DNA of 29,915 bases from assembly GCA_963726245.1 (NCBI GenBank), contig CAVSBT010000013.1, forward strand, positions 1 through 29,915, given 5' to 3'. Shown here piece after piece: positions 19,949 through 29,915 of the stretch. The stretch's first letter is position 1, and each line of letters begins with the position of its first letter. The DNA is from an uncultured Chloroflexia bacterium. Lineage in GTDB: Bacteria > Chloroflexota > Dehalococcoidia > DSTF01 > JALHUB01. The translations under genes were made by a program, and so were the position numbers. Below the pieces are notes generated by a model. The model worked only from the letters and a program-made list of their open reading frames with translations, was not told the DNA's origin and searched no databases.

Positions 19949-22900
19949 CTACCAGACCACCTCGTACACCCGCTGGCGGCCGATGCCCTTGAGCTGCTTG
20001 CGGCCTGCGTCGCGGAACTCCACGCCCGCCAGCGAACCGCCGAGGTTGCGCACCAGCTCTGAGACCAGGATCTGCCCTCCCTGGGCCCTGTCGGCACACG
20101 GGCGGCCAGGGTGACGGCCGTGCCGAAGTAGTCCCCCGCCTCCTTTATGGACTCCCCCGCGTTGAGGCCGATGCGGACGCGGATCGGCTCATCGGCAGTC
20201 TCGTTGTGCTCCGCGAAGGCCTTCTGGATGCCCACGGCGCAGGAGAGGGCCCTGGAGGCAGAGGAGAACGCCACCATGAAGCCGTCACCGGTGTGCTTAA
20301 CCTCATGGCCGCCGTGGCGGGCCACCTGCTCCCTCAGGATGCGGTTGTGCTCCCGCAGAAGCCCATGGTATGCCTCGTCGCCCAGACGCTGGGCCAGCGC
20401 GGTGGAGCCCTCGATGTCGGTGAAGAAGATGGTGACGGTGCCATCGGGGGCAGCGTGGGGGCGCAGGTCGGGCTGCTCGGCCTCGACCGCCGCGGCCACG
20501 ACGCCGATGGAGCTGTAGGGGCTTGTCCTGTCAACCCCCTGGAGCTGGAGCTTCAGCGCTAGCGCCCGTTCGACATCCTTCTTCATGCCTAGCTCCTCGA
20601 AGGTGGCTAGCGCCTGGTTCACGAGCCCTTGCGCCTTCTCACGGTCGCCCGGCTGATCGCGTCTCTGAAGCATGGCGGCGTACCAAGATTGCGTGCGGGC
20701 CAGCCAGGGCCGGGCGCCGATCTTCTCGTTGAAGGCGAGGGCATCCCGGAAGTGCCGCTCGGCATCGTCCCAGTTGCCCATCGTGTCGGCGAGCTGGCCG
20801 AGAAGGCGAGACGCCGACCCGTCGCACAGCAGGGCGAAGCTGACGACGATGCCGCGGGCAGCGTACGGCTGCAGCATCTCGTAGAGGAGGGCCGCCCGGC
20901 GGCGGTCCCCTAGCCGGCTCGCAATATCGGCTGTGAGGCTGAAGGTCGCTATATCGCTGGGGATATCGCTGAAGTCGTTCGCCGCCAGCCGCTCGAACCA
21001 CTCCAGGGCCTGTTCGGGCCGGTCCGTCTCCAGATACATGTAGGCCAGAGCTGCCTGCGTGATAGACACCACCTCGGGGAACTGCTCGAGGCCTTGCGGA
21101 AGAATCGGCTCGAGCTCGCCGAGCCGGCCCTGTCCACGGCGAATGTCGAAGAGGTGGGCGGTCACGGCCTCTACGTAGTGTGGATGCTGCGTCCGCTGGA
21201 CGATGGGTATGTACTGGACAAACAGCTGCTCGGCTTCCCCATACCGCCCCTCCATCGCTGCCCGCATGCAGGCCCACAGCAGACGGAAGCCGCTCAACAA
21301 CGGCTCACGCATCTGCTCAGCTAGGTCGGAAGCGATCACTGTCTCGCGCTCAACCTCCTGCATGTCGCCGAGTTCAGCCAGGTCCGACAGGCGGAAAAAG
21401 TGGGCCCACAGGATTTGCAGACGGTCCCCGGCCTCTTCCGCAAGCTGGAGCCACTCATTCGCCACGGCGAGCCGCTCCTCCGTCCACTCCGGGCCCAGCA
21501 GGGCCCAGTGCAGGGCGCTCAGGGCTGAAGCCCGCGCCCCGAAGTCTCCGACCCGTTCCGCCATCTCCTTCGCCTGCCGCGCCATCGCCAGGCGCTGTTC
21601 GCGCGGCGCCAAGCGATACAGGGATACGCTGAGTGTCGCCAGCAGTGTCGCCCTTAGGGGGCTGTCTTCCCGACCGACCGCCTCCAGCGCCCGCTCCAAA
21701 GCGGGCACATCTGCCCCCGTGCCCCAGAGGGGGCCCCGAAAGGCTGCCAACGCATAGGCGCTGGCGGCGTCGCCCTGGAGCTGGGGGTCACCGAGTGCTT
21801 CGGCGACCTGCACGGCACACTCCAGCGCCGCCGTGGCCTTCTCCGGCACGTCGGCGCGGGCGTACGCCTGGCCGAGTGCCATCAGGAGGTCGAAGCGCCG
21901 GCGCTTCTCCGGCCTGTCCTTGAGATCGAGGGCCTGGAGCGCAATCTCGTAGTGGCCGGCAGCCTCTTCGTAGGCAAGGAGGGCGACAGCACGGTCCCCA
22001 GCCCGCCTGGCGTAGTCGATGGCCTTGTCCACCTCGCCGCCGGGGGCAGCCTGATAGAAGTGGTGCGCCAGCTCCGCCAGGTGGGGCTCCAGGTTGTCGG
22101 CGTGTACCTCCTCCAAGGCGCGCCCTATTTGCCGATGGAGGATCACCCGCCTGGGGGTGCTCAGCTCGCCGTAGAGGGTCTGGCGGATGAGGGCATGGGT
22201 GAAGTCGTAGTTGCCGGCATGGTCACCCCGACGCTCCTGGATGAGCTGGGCGGCCAGCGCTTCGTCCAGCAAGTCCAACAGCGCTGGCTCGGACTCGCCG
22301 GTGATCGCCTTCAGCTCCTCCCACGAGAAGCCACCCGTCATCGTCGAGGCCAACGTCAGCACCCGGTTGCAGCCCTCGCTCAGCCGCGACAGGCGCCTGC
22401 CCACGACTTCACGCACCCCCTCCGGGATGCCGAATTCGGATACGCTCGTGACCTTGCTCGTCCAGCGGCCGCCCTCCCGGTAGAGCTTCCCTTCCTCCAT
22501 TAGGTGACTGAGCACCTCGCGCATGAAGAAGGGGTTACCCTCGGTCTCCCGGTAGAGCGCCGTGGCCAGCGCCCGCCGTGCCGCTGCGCTCTCCTCCGAG
22601 GGCTCGATGGCAGTGAGGAGGGCGAGCACGTCCTCTTCCGAAAGCCCGCGCAGGAGGAGACGCCGGTAGAGCTGCTCCCGGCGCAGCGTCGCGATGACCT
22701 CTGACAGCGGATGTGTGCGGTCAAGCTCAACGTCGCGGTAGGCGCCGAGAGTGAGCACGCGCTGGCCAGCGACGCTCCGCGCCAGGTAGCGCAGGAGCAG
22801 GAGCGAGGGCTTGTCGGCCCAGTGCAGGTCGTCCAGCAGGAGGACGAGGGGGTTGGCAGCCGCTGCGTTGCGGACGAAGGCGCTGACGCTCTCGAAGAGG

Positions 22901-24365
22901 CGGAGGCGCTCGGCGTCAGGCTCTAGGGGCGGCGCCTCCGGGATGTCGGGGAAGCGGCGGCGTACCTCAGAGATGAGCTTGGCTACCTCGGGGGCGCCAT
23001 CCCCCAGCTCCTGGCGAAGTAGTGGATCGGGACGGTCCTGAACGTACTGGCGGAAGGCCTCCACAAAGGGCCGGTAGGGCAGCGCCACCTCTCCCTCATA
23101 GGCGCGGCCGGTGAGCACCTGGGCACCACGCAGGCTGGCGTAGACGCCGAACTCCTCGGCCAGGCGCGTCTTGCCGATGCCCGGCTCCCCGACCATCATC
23201 ACCAGCGACCCGCGGCCGGAGAGGGCGTTCTCCAGAGCGGCCTTGAGCTGGTCCATCTCCTCCCGCCGGCCGACGAAGCGGCCCCAGTCGACCCCCTGGA
23301 GGTCGGCAGCGGGCGCGGCTGGCGGCGGTATCGCCAATTGTTCGGTGGAGCTTTCGCCGGATGCGGCGCAGCTCTTGTGCGACGGCGGCGGCGCTCTCGG
23401 GGCGCTCCTCCGGCGCTTTGGCCAGCAGCCGCATGATCAGCGCCTCCAGGGCCCGCGGCACCTCCGGATTGTGCCAGGAGGGCGCCACCGGCGCCGTGTT
23501 GATGTGCTGGGAGATGACGGCCACGGCGTCGTCGCCCAGGAAGGGCGGGCGGCCCGCCACCATCTCGTAGAGCATCGCCCCCAGCGAGTAGAGGTCGCTG
23601 CGGGCGTCGGCCTGGCGGCCGAGGGCCTGCTCCGGCGGCATGTAGGCGACGGTGCCCACCATCATGCCCGCCTGGGTGACGCGGGAGCGGTCGAGGACCA
23701 CGGCAAGGCCGAAGTCGCCGAGCTTGGCGCTGCCGTCCTCGCTGAGCCAGACGTTGCCCGGCTTCAGGTCGCGGTGGATGATGCCCCGGCCATGCGCATA
23801 CTCCAGCGCCTGACACACCTCGCTGGGCGATACGCAGCGCCTGGTCCATCGGCAGGCGGTGGTTCTCAGCCTTCTGGAGCAGTTCCTCCAGCTCCCCGCC
23901 GCCCATGTACTCCTAGACGATGTATGGCTGCCCGCCCTCCTCGCCGATGTCGTAGACCGTGACGATGTGCGGGTGGTCGCCGAGGCGGCCCATCGCCTGG
24001 GCCTCGCGCCGGATGCGGGCCAGGCCGTCGGCGTCCAGGCCCTCGGTCTTGATAAGGGCGAAGGCCACGTCGCGGTCGAGCTTCGTGTCGTGGGCCAGGT
24101 AGACCCGCTTCTAGCCGCCCTCGCCAAGGAAGCGCCGCACCTGGTAGCGGCCTGAGGCGAAGGAGGTGGGGATAGCGGGAGTGGGAGCGGGTGTCGGCGC
24201 CTGTGGCGGTGCTTGGCTCAGGGAAGCGCCGCAGGCGTTGCAGAAGGTGCTACCGGGAGGATTCGTCTGGTTGCAGCTGGGGCAACGTGCCTCTAACCGG
24301 AAGCTGCACGAATTGCAGAAGCGCGCTTTCGGAGGGTTCTCATGGCCGCACGACGGACATTTCAT
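19949..24365 (-). CDS. Double zinc ribbon - Ser/Thr kinase - STAND NTPase - TPR-like - class III cyclase (gene B; two in-frame TAGs and frameshifts)
   Basis: Four CxxC pairs; HRDLKPGN, DFG and YMPPEQ; GEPGIGKT, LLLDDLHW and GNPF; FTDIEGST and KHTGDG. The probable true end is LKGIGRQRVYEVVW* at 19949. Confidence 0.88.
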
Positions 24366-24367
24366 GC

Positions 24368-27300
24368 TTAGACCTCGGCCGCTCGCCGGATGCCCTGCAC
24401 GTGCTCCGAGCCAAGGAAGGTCTCTCTGAGCGACTCGTCGGTGAGCCCTGGCGGCCACCCCTTCGATGACGGCGAGGGCATCGCGATAGGCTTGGCGGGC
24501 ATCGTCGCGCCGTGCCCTGGGCCTTTCGCAGGTCTCCCAGGGCGGCGTGGGTCTTCCAGAGCTGGGGCGGGTTGCCGATCTGCTGGGCAATCTCCAGGGC
24601 GGTGGCAAGCTCCTTCTCCGCCTCCGCCAGCTTGCCCTGAGCCAGGAAGACCTGCCCCCGCAGGCGGCGGCCCTTCACGACGTTCTTCTTACTGTGGCTC
24701 GATTCCGCCAGGGCCAGGCACTCGTCGGCGTATGCAAGGGCCTTGTCGTAATCGCCCCTGGCCAGCCACAGCTCGCCGTAGCTGTGGAACAGGTGCTGGG
24801 AGTAGCGCCACAGCATCCAGCGGTCCTGGGGACGTGGGTTTCGCACCACTTGCTCGACCCTCTGGAACTGCTCCTCAGCCTCATCGGGGCGGCCCAGCGC
24901 CACCAGGTTGTCCCCGAGGTTCAGGCGGGCGTTGCTCTCGACCTCTGGGTCGGGGAAGTCCGCCTCCACTGCTGCCTCGACCCCCCGCGTGTTCCACTCC
25001 ATCGCCTGCTGGTGGTCCTGGAGCTCGCCGTAGACCCAGCCTATGGTGTTCACGACGCGAGCCCGAAGATAGACCTCGCCCACGCGGCCGCAGGTCGCGA
25101 GTAGATGCGCGAGGAGAGCAAGGGCCTGCTGGTAGTCTCCCCTGCCCCCACGGGCAAGGGCGTCTGCCCACTGATTCCACATGAGCTGGGTGATCTGATG
25201 GCTTTCTTCGGCCGCGCCGCGCCAGCGCTCGAGAACCTGCAGTGCCTCGTCATAGTGGCCTGCCCAATTGGACACCAAGCTGCTGATATTGCCCAGACGG
25301 ACTGAAGGGGTTATCAACCTTTGGCGCCAGCTCCCCTGCCGTCTGCATAGAGCGTTTGGGCCTCAGCGTGGCGGTTAAGGTCGCGCAAAGCACAGCGAGC
25401 CAGCACGCTCGCGACAAAGCGAACGTCGTCAAAACCTTCATCGCCAATGGCCAGGGCGGCCCTCAACGTTTGCTCGGCCGTCTCGAAGTCGTGGTTCGTA
25501 CAACTCCTGCATACCGCGAAGGGCGAGAGCCATCCCCTCCAGGCGCCGGTCGCCCAAGCTGCGGGCGGCCATCAGCATCCGGTCGAAGTCGGCAACACCG
25601 CCCGAAAAACCCCCGATGGTGTAGTTCACGAAGCCCCGGCTCAAGGCTACGGAGGCGGATACCGCAAGGGCCGGCTTGCCCAGCCTCTCGCACACGTCCA
25701 GGGCTCGCGCGTAGTAGTCCAGCGCGTCTTGGTTGGCGTAGGCGGCGGTGGCCTTGTTGCCGGCCTTCACCAGGTAATCCAGGGCCTTCTGCCACTGCTG
25801 TCCCTGGTAGTAGTGGTGGGCCAGCGCCTCGTAGTGCTCGGGCAGCCGGTCGGCATACAGCTCCTCGATGGCGGCCGCCACGACGCGGTGCAGGGCTCTA
25901 CGCCGCTCCACCAGCAGGGTGGAGTAGGCCACATCATGGGTCAGGGCGTGCTTGAACATGTAGGACAGCTCGGGGAAGTAGGCCTTCTCGTAGATCAGCT
26001 CCAGCGATTTCAGCTCCGCCAGCAGCTCGTCCATCTTCACCTCGATGTGCGAGATGCGGTTCAGCAGCCGCACCGTGAACTCGCGGCCGATGACGGAGGC
26101 GAGCTGGATGGCTTCCTTGGCCTGGCGCTCCAGCCGGTCGATGCGGCTGAGGATCACCTCCTGGATGGTGTCGGGCACCCGGATCTGCTCCAGGGCGCGT
26201 TCCACCGAGTAGCTACCGTTGGTCTTGCGGAGGACGCCGGACTCCACCAGGGACTTGGTGACCTCCTCGATGTAGAAGGGGTTGCCCTCCGCCTTGCCGA
26301 TGATGAGCTGCTGAAGCTGCTGGGGCAGCGTGGCCACCTGGAGCACACCCTCGGCCATGACCACGCTCTCCTCCGGCGGCAGGTGACCCAGCGCCAGGCG
26401 GCTGTAGTAGGTGCGCTCGCCCAGGGAGTGGGCGTAGCCGGGCCGGTAGGTGAGAACCAGCAGCACCGGCGCCGAGGCGACGACGTCCACCAGCGCCGCC
26501 AGCGCCTCCTCTGACATCTCGTCCACCCAGTGCAGGTCCTCCACGACCACCACCAGCGGCCGCCGGCGGCTCTCCTGGAGGAGGAGCGCCCGCAGGCTGT
26601 CGAAGACGCCGGCCCGCCGCTCCAGGGGGTCCATGACCGTCACAGCCGGGTCGCCGGGGTCTACGTTCAGCAGGTACTTGAGATAGGGGACAGTCGCCTG
26701 GGCCGCTTCGTCCCAGGGGGCGGTGCCCTCGTCAACTTTGCGGATAATGGCGGCGTCGTTGTCCGCCTCCTGCACGCCGAAGTTGCCCTTCAGGATGTCG
26801 ATGATGGGCAGGTAGGGGATGTTCTTGCCATAGGAGATGCAGTGGCCTTCCAGCCAGGTGGCCGCCTCGTCTAGGATAGAGCGGCGGAACTCCAGGAGGA
26901 GGCGGGACTTGCCGATACCGGCTTCGCCCGAGATGAACACCACCTGTCCCTGGCCCCGCTTGGCCTGCTCCAGGTAGCCCCCGAGCACGGTCAGCTCCTG
27001 GTCGCGGCCGATGAAGGGGGTGAGGCCGCGCTCAGCTGCGGCCTCGAGGCGGGTGCGCGCCGCCTTCTCCCGCTAGGGCCCTGTAGGCCACGACCGGCTC
27101 CGCTTTGCCCTTCACCGCTAGCGAGCCCAGGGGCTCGCACTCGAAGTAGTCCCGTGCCGCCCGGTAAGTGTTCTCGGTGAGGTAGACGGCACCGGGCTCG
27201 GCCATCTCCTCCATTCGGGCCGCCAGGTTCACCGTGTCGCCCAGGGCCGTGTAGTCCATGTCCAGGTTGTCGGAGATCTTGCCGACGACCACGGGGCCGG

Positions 27301-27868
27301 TGTTGAGGCCGACGCGAAAGCGGCACTCGACGGCGTGACGCTTCTTGACCTCGGCAGCATAATCGTCGAGGGACTTCTGCATCTCAAGGGCGGCGGCTAC
27401 AGCGCGGCGGGCGGCATCCTCGTGGGCAATGGGGGCGCCAAAAAGGGCCATGACGCCGTCGCCCGTGAACTGCGTAATCGTGCCCTCGTAGCGATGGACA
27501 GCCTCCATCATCCGGCTGAAGCAGCCCTGCATCAGGTCATAGACCTGTTCCTCATCCAGGCGCTCGGAGATGGGAGTAAAGCCCACGGCGTCCGCGAAAA
27601 GGACGGTTACTGTGCGGCGTTCGCCTTCCAGGGCGGCGCGGTTGCGGAGGATTTTCTCGGCCAGGTGGCGCGGCGTATAGGCGAGGGGGTCTCCCGGCGC
27701 GGGTGGCCTAGAGGGTTCAGGTAGCCTGTGGCCGCAGGACTCACAGAAGCGAGCTGAAGGCCTAAGCTGCGCCCCGCAGTTCGGGCAGGCCCGCGCCAAG
27801 GCTCCGCCGCACTCGCCGCAGAACTTTAGGCCCTCTGGATTCTCGTGGCCACAGGAAGGGCAGCGCAT
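24368..27868 (-). CDS. Double zinc ribbon - class III cyclase - STAND NTPase - TPR protein (gene A, frameshifted)
   Basis: MRCPSCGHENP; VLFADAVG, QFTGDG and GDTVNLAAR; GEAGIGKS, VVEDLHW, GNPFY and FKHALT; TPR-like tail. Confidence 0.9.
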
Positions 27869-27918
27869 CCCGCTCCGCCTCCCCTCCAAGGTTGCCCGAC
27901 TCCGTTCGGGACAGCGCA

Positions 27919-27957
27919 ATTGTCTATCAGGGCCAGAGAGATGTCAAATGGCTGACA
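27919..27957 (-). promoter_or_regulatory. Putative promoter of the STAND operon with an overlapping palindrome
   Basis: TTGACA-N17-GACAAT on the minus strand; TGTCA-N6-TGACA palindrome at 27942-27957. Confidence 0.55.
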
Positions 27958-28260
27958 CTATGCGAGTACACACACCCCGATAGTGATCCGGGGTGTTCCT
28001 TTCGGAGACGCATAGGTACAATAGGCATTGTGGATGCGATCACCACGGACGGTGCCATAGGCCAACGAATACCCTTGGGGGCGCCGGGGACTCGCACGCG
28101 AGGTGGCTGTCGGAGATGCCGGTGGAGGCCGTTGCCTAGGATGTAGTCCGCCCTGCGAGACCCTCCCATACCGGGCATTACGGGAAGGCTAGCTTCGCAT
28201 GACGACGGGATCGGGAGAAAGATTCAGTTGGTGTGACGACTAGCTTGCAGATTCGGCCTT

Positions 28261-28388
28261 ACAGTCTATCATAATGGATTCTGCAAGCTAGTCTGTAGAC
28301 CAGCTCTATTTATCTCGCAATTGCTCACGAATGCGAGGCAAGTCTATTTAGGTGCATCTGGGGAAGTGCTAGAACTCCGCGATGAAGG
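28261..28388 (+). repeat. 128-bp direct repeat, copy 2
   Basis: Matches 11073-11200. Confidence 0.95.
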
Positions 28389-28650
28389 TCATGATCCCGT
28401 TCTGAAGAGTCGTGACCCAGAAGACCCCCATCGTGATGTAGGCGCGGCCGTTCTCCCAGACGACAGGCACCAGGGCCCAACCGGCCGTGTACGCCTGGGG
28501 CAGCCGCGCTCGCCAGCCCGAGGCGCGCGGCCAGCCCAGAACTCCAGCGGCGTCGGCACCGCCGCGCAGTTACCTAGCGGCCCCACCTCGAAACCCGCCA
28601 GAACCGTCGCCCAGCTTCCGACAACGAAGATTATCGGGCGATCTGGGAAG
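28370..28650 (-). pseudogene. Degraded gene remnant of unknown function
   Basis: A protein-like tail LPQAYTAGWALVPVVWENGRAYITMGVFWVTTLQNGIMTFIAEF* has its stop inside repeat copy 2. The 5' limit is unclear. Confidence 0.35.
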
Positions 28651-28722
28651 GGTGTCCAACCCCAATTGGAGGACCCGGCAAGCGTGGCGCTGTTCTAGAT
28701 GGCGAGTCTGAGTACGCCGCAT

Positions 28723-28751
28723 TTGACATCCTTCTTAATCTGATAGAAGAT
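28723..28751 (+). promoter_or_regulatory. Putative promoter of the divergent kinase gene
   Basis: TTGACA-N17-GAAGAT, with the same architecture as the 27919-27947 promoter. Confidence 0.5.
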
Positions 28752-28802
28752 CGCTTCATCCGCGAAAGCTCCCCAGGCGACGCGGAGAAGGGCGGGGGGG
28801 CG

Positions 28803-29915
28803 ATGCGCTGCCCTTCCTGTGGCCACGACAACCCGGACGATGCGACCTTCTGCGGCGAGTGTGGGTCTTCGCTTCAGAGCGAGCTGACCTGCAGCACCTG
28901 CGGTCGGCCGAACCCACCGACCACCAGGTTCTGCCACGGCTGTGGGCAGAGCCTTTCTCAACCCGCGGCCCCTGCCAGACCGTCTACATCAGCCCCTTCC
29001 CCCTCCCTCCCCACCTTCTTCGCCTCAGGCCGCTACCAAGTGCGGCGCTTCCTGGGCGAGGGCGGCAAGAAGCGGGTCTTCCTGGCCCACGACACCAGGC
29101 TCGACCGGGATGTGGCCTTCTCCCTGATCAAGACCGAGGGCCTGGACGCATCCGGCCTGGCCCGTGTCCGCCGCGAAGCGCAGGCGATGGGTCGTCTAGG
29201 CGACCACCCTAACATCGTCACCGTCTTCGACATCGGGGAGGACGCCGGGCAGCCCTGCATCGTCTGCCAGTACATGGAGGGTGGCTCGGTGGAGGACCTC
29301 GTCGACCAGGCGCCTGACCACAGGCTCCCCATCGACCAGACCCTCCAGATGGCCTCCGAGGTCTGCCAGGCCCTGCGCCATGCGCACGACCGGGGCATCA
29401 TCCACCGCGACGTCAAGCCGGGCAACATCTGGCTCACGGCAGACGGCCATGCCAAACTGGGCGACTTCGGCCTGGCGGTGGCCCTCGACCTCTCCCGCCT
29501 CACCCAGGCGGGCATGATGGTCGGTACCGTCGCCTACATGCCCCCTGAGCAGGCCCTGGGCGGCAAAGTAGACACGAGAAGCGACCTCTACGGCCTGGGG
29601 GCCACCCTCTACGGATGGCCTGCGGCAGGCCCCCTTCTCCGGCCACGACCCGGTGGCCGTCGTCTCCCAGCACCTCAACACGCCGCCCGTGGCACCCTCC
29701 TTCCATAACCCCTCACTTCCTCCGGCCCTCAACGACCTCATCCTCAAGTTGCTGGCCAAGAACCCCGATGACAGGCCTCCCTCGGCTGACGAGGTCCTGG
29801 CAGTGCTAGGAAGTCTGTCGGAGCAAGTCGAGCGCGGTGAGGTAGTGGCCCCCGCCGAGCCTGCCGCCGTCACTCCCCTCAGCCGGGTGGCCTGGGGCGC
29901 CTTCGTGGGCAGGGA
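28803..29915 (+). CDS. Double zinc ribbon - Ser/Thr kinase - (STAND NTPase) paralog, gene E, runs off the window
   Basis: Four CxxC pairs; HRDVKPGN, DFG and YMPPEQ; frameshift near 29615; ends VAWGAFVGR, matching the NTPase entry motif of gene B (VDWGRFVGR). Confidence 0.9.

Noticed and set aside
25250-25450. Foreign insertion splitting gene A
   Set aside because: A TPR-like reading continues through the region once indels are allowed.
27927-28178. Short ORFs between gene A and repeat copy 2
   Set aside because: No recognisable domain or convincing RBS, and they overlap the putative promoter.
52-29915. Pervasive frameshifts as programmed frameshifting or mass pseudogenisation
   Set aside because: They hit nuoL, nuoM and housekeeping genes alike with no shared slippery motif; long-read indel error is the simpler explanation.

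Overview
GC-rich bacterial window. The gene content suggests Chloroflexota/Dehalococcoidia, but that is an inference. Frameshifts occur even in nuoL/nuoM, so many breaks are probably long-read consensus errors. There are three zones. (1) 1-4934: the end of a complex I operon (nuoK-L-M-N). (2) 5121-10964: a minus-strand run of folE, a GNAT-like gene, an MshA-like glycosyltransferase, a PIG-L deacetylase, an amidohydrolase, thpR and a SWIM protein, with REP-like palindromes and a candidate leader RNA. (3) A 17,060-bp block (11201-28260) bounded by a 128-bp direct repeat. It holds truncated genes, an acetoacetate-decarboxylase-family gene, a MaoC pair and a tightly coupled array of STAND NTPases shuffled with class III nucleotide cyclase, Ser/Thr kinase, double zinc-ribbon and TPR-like domains, with a DUF362/EF-hand gene inside. 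A divergent kinase paralog follows the block. Both kinases lack the beta3 lysine and carry a Lys at the end of the Gly loop, as eukaryotic WNK kinases do.
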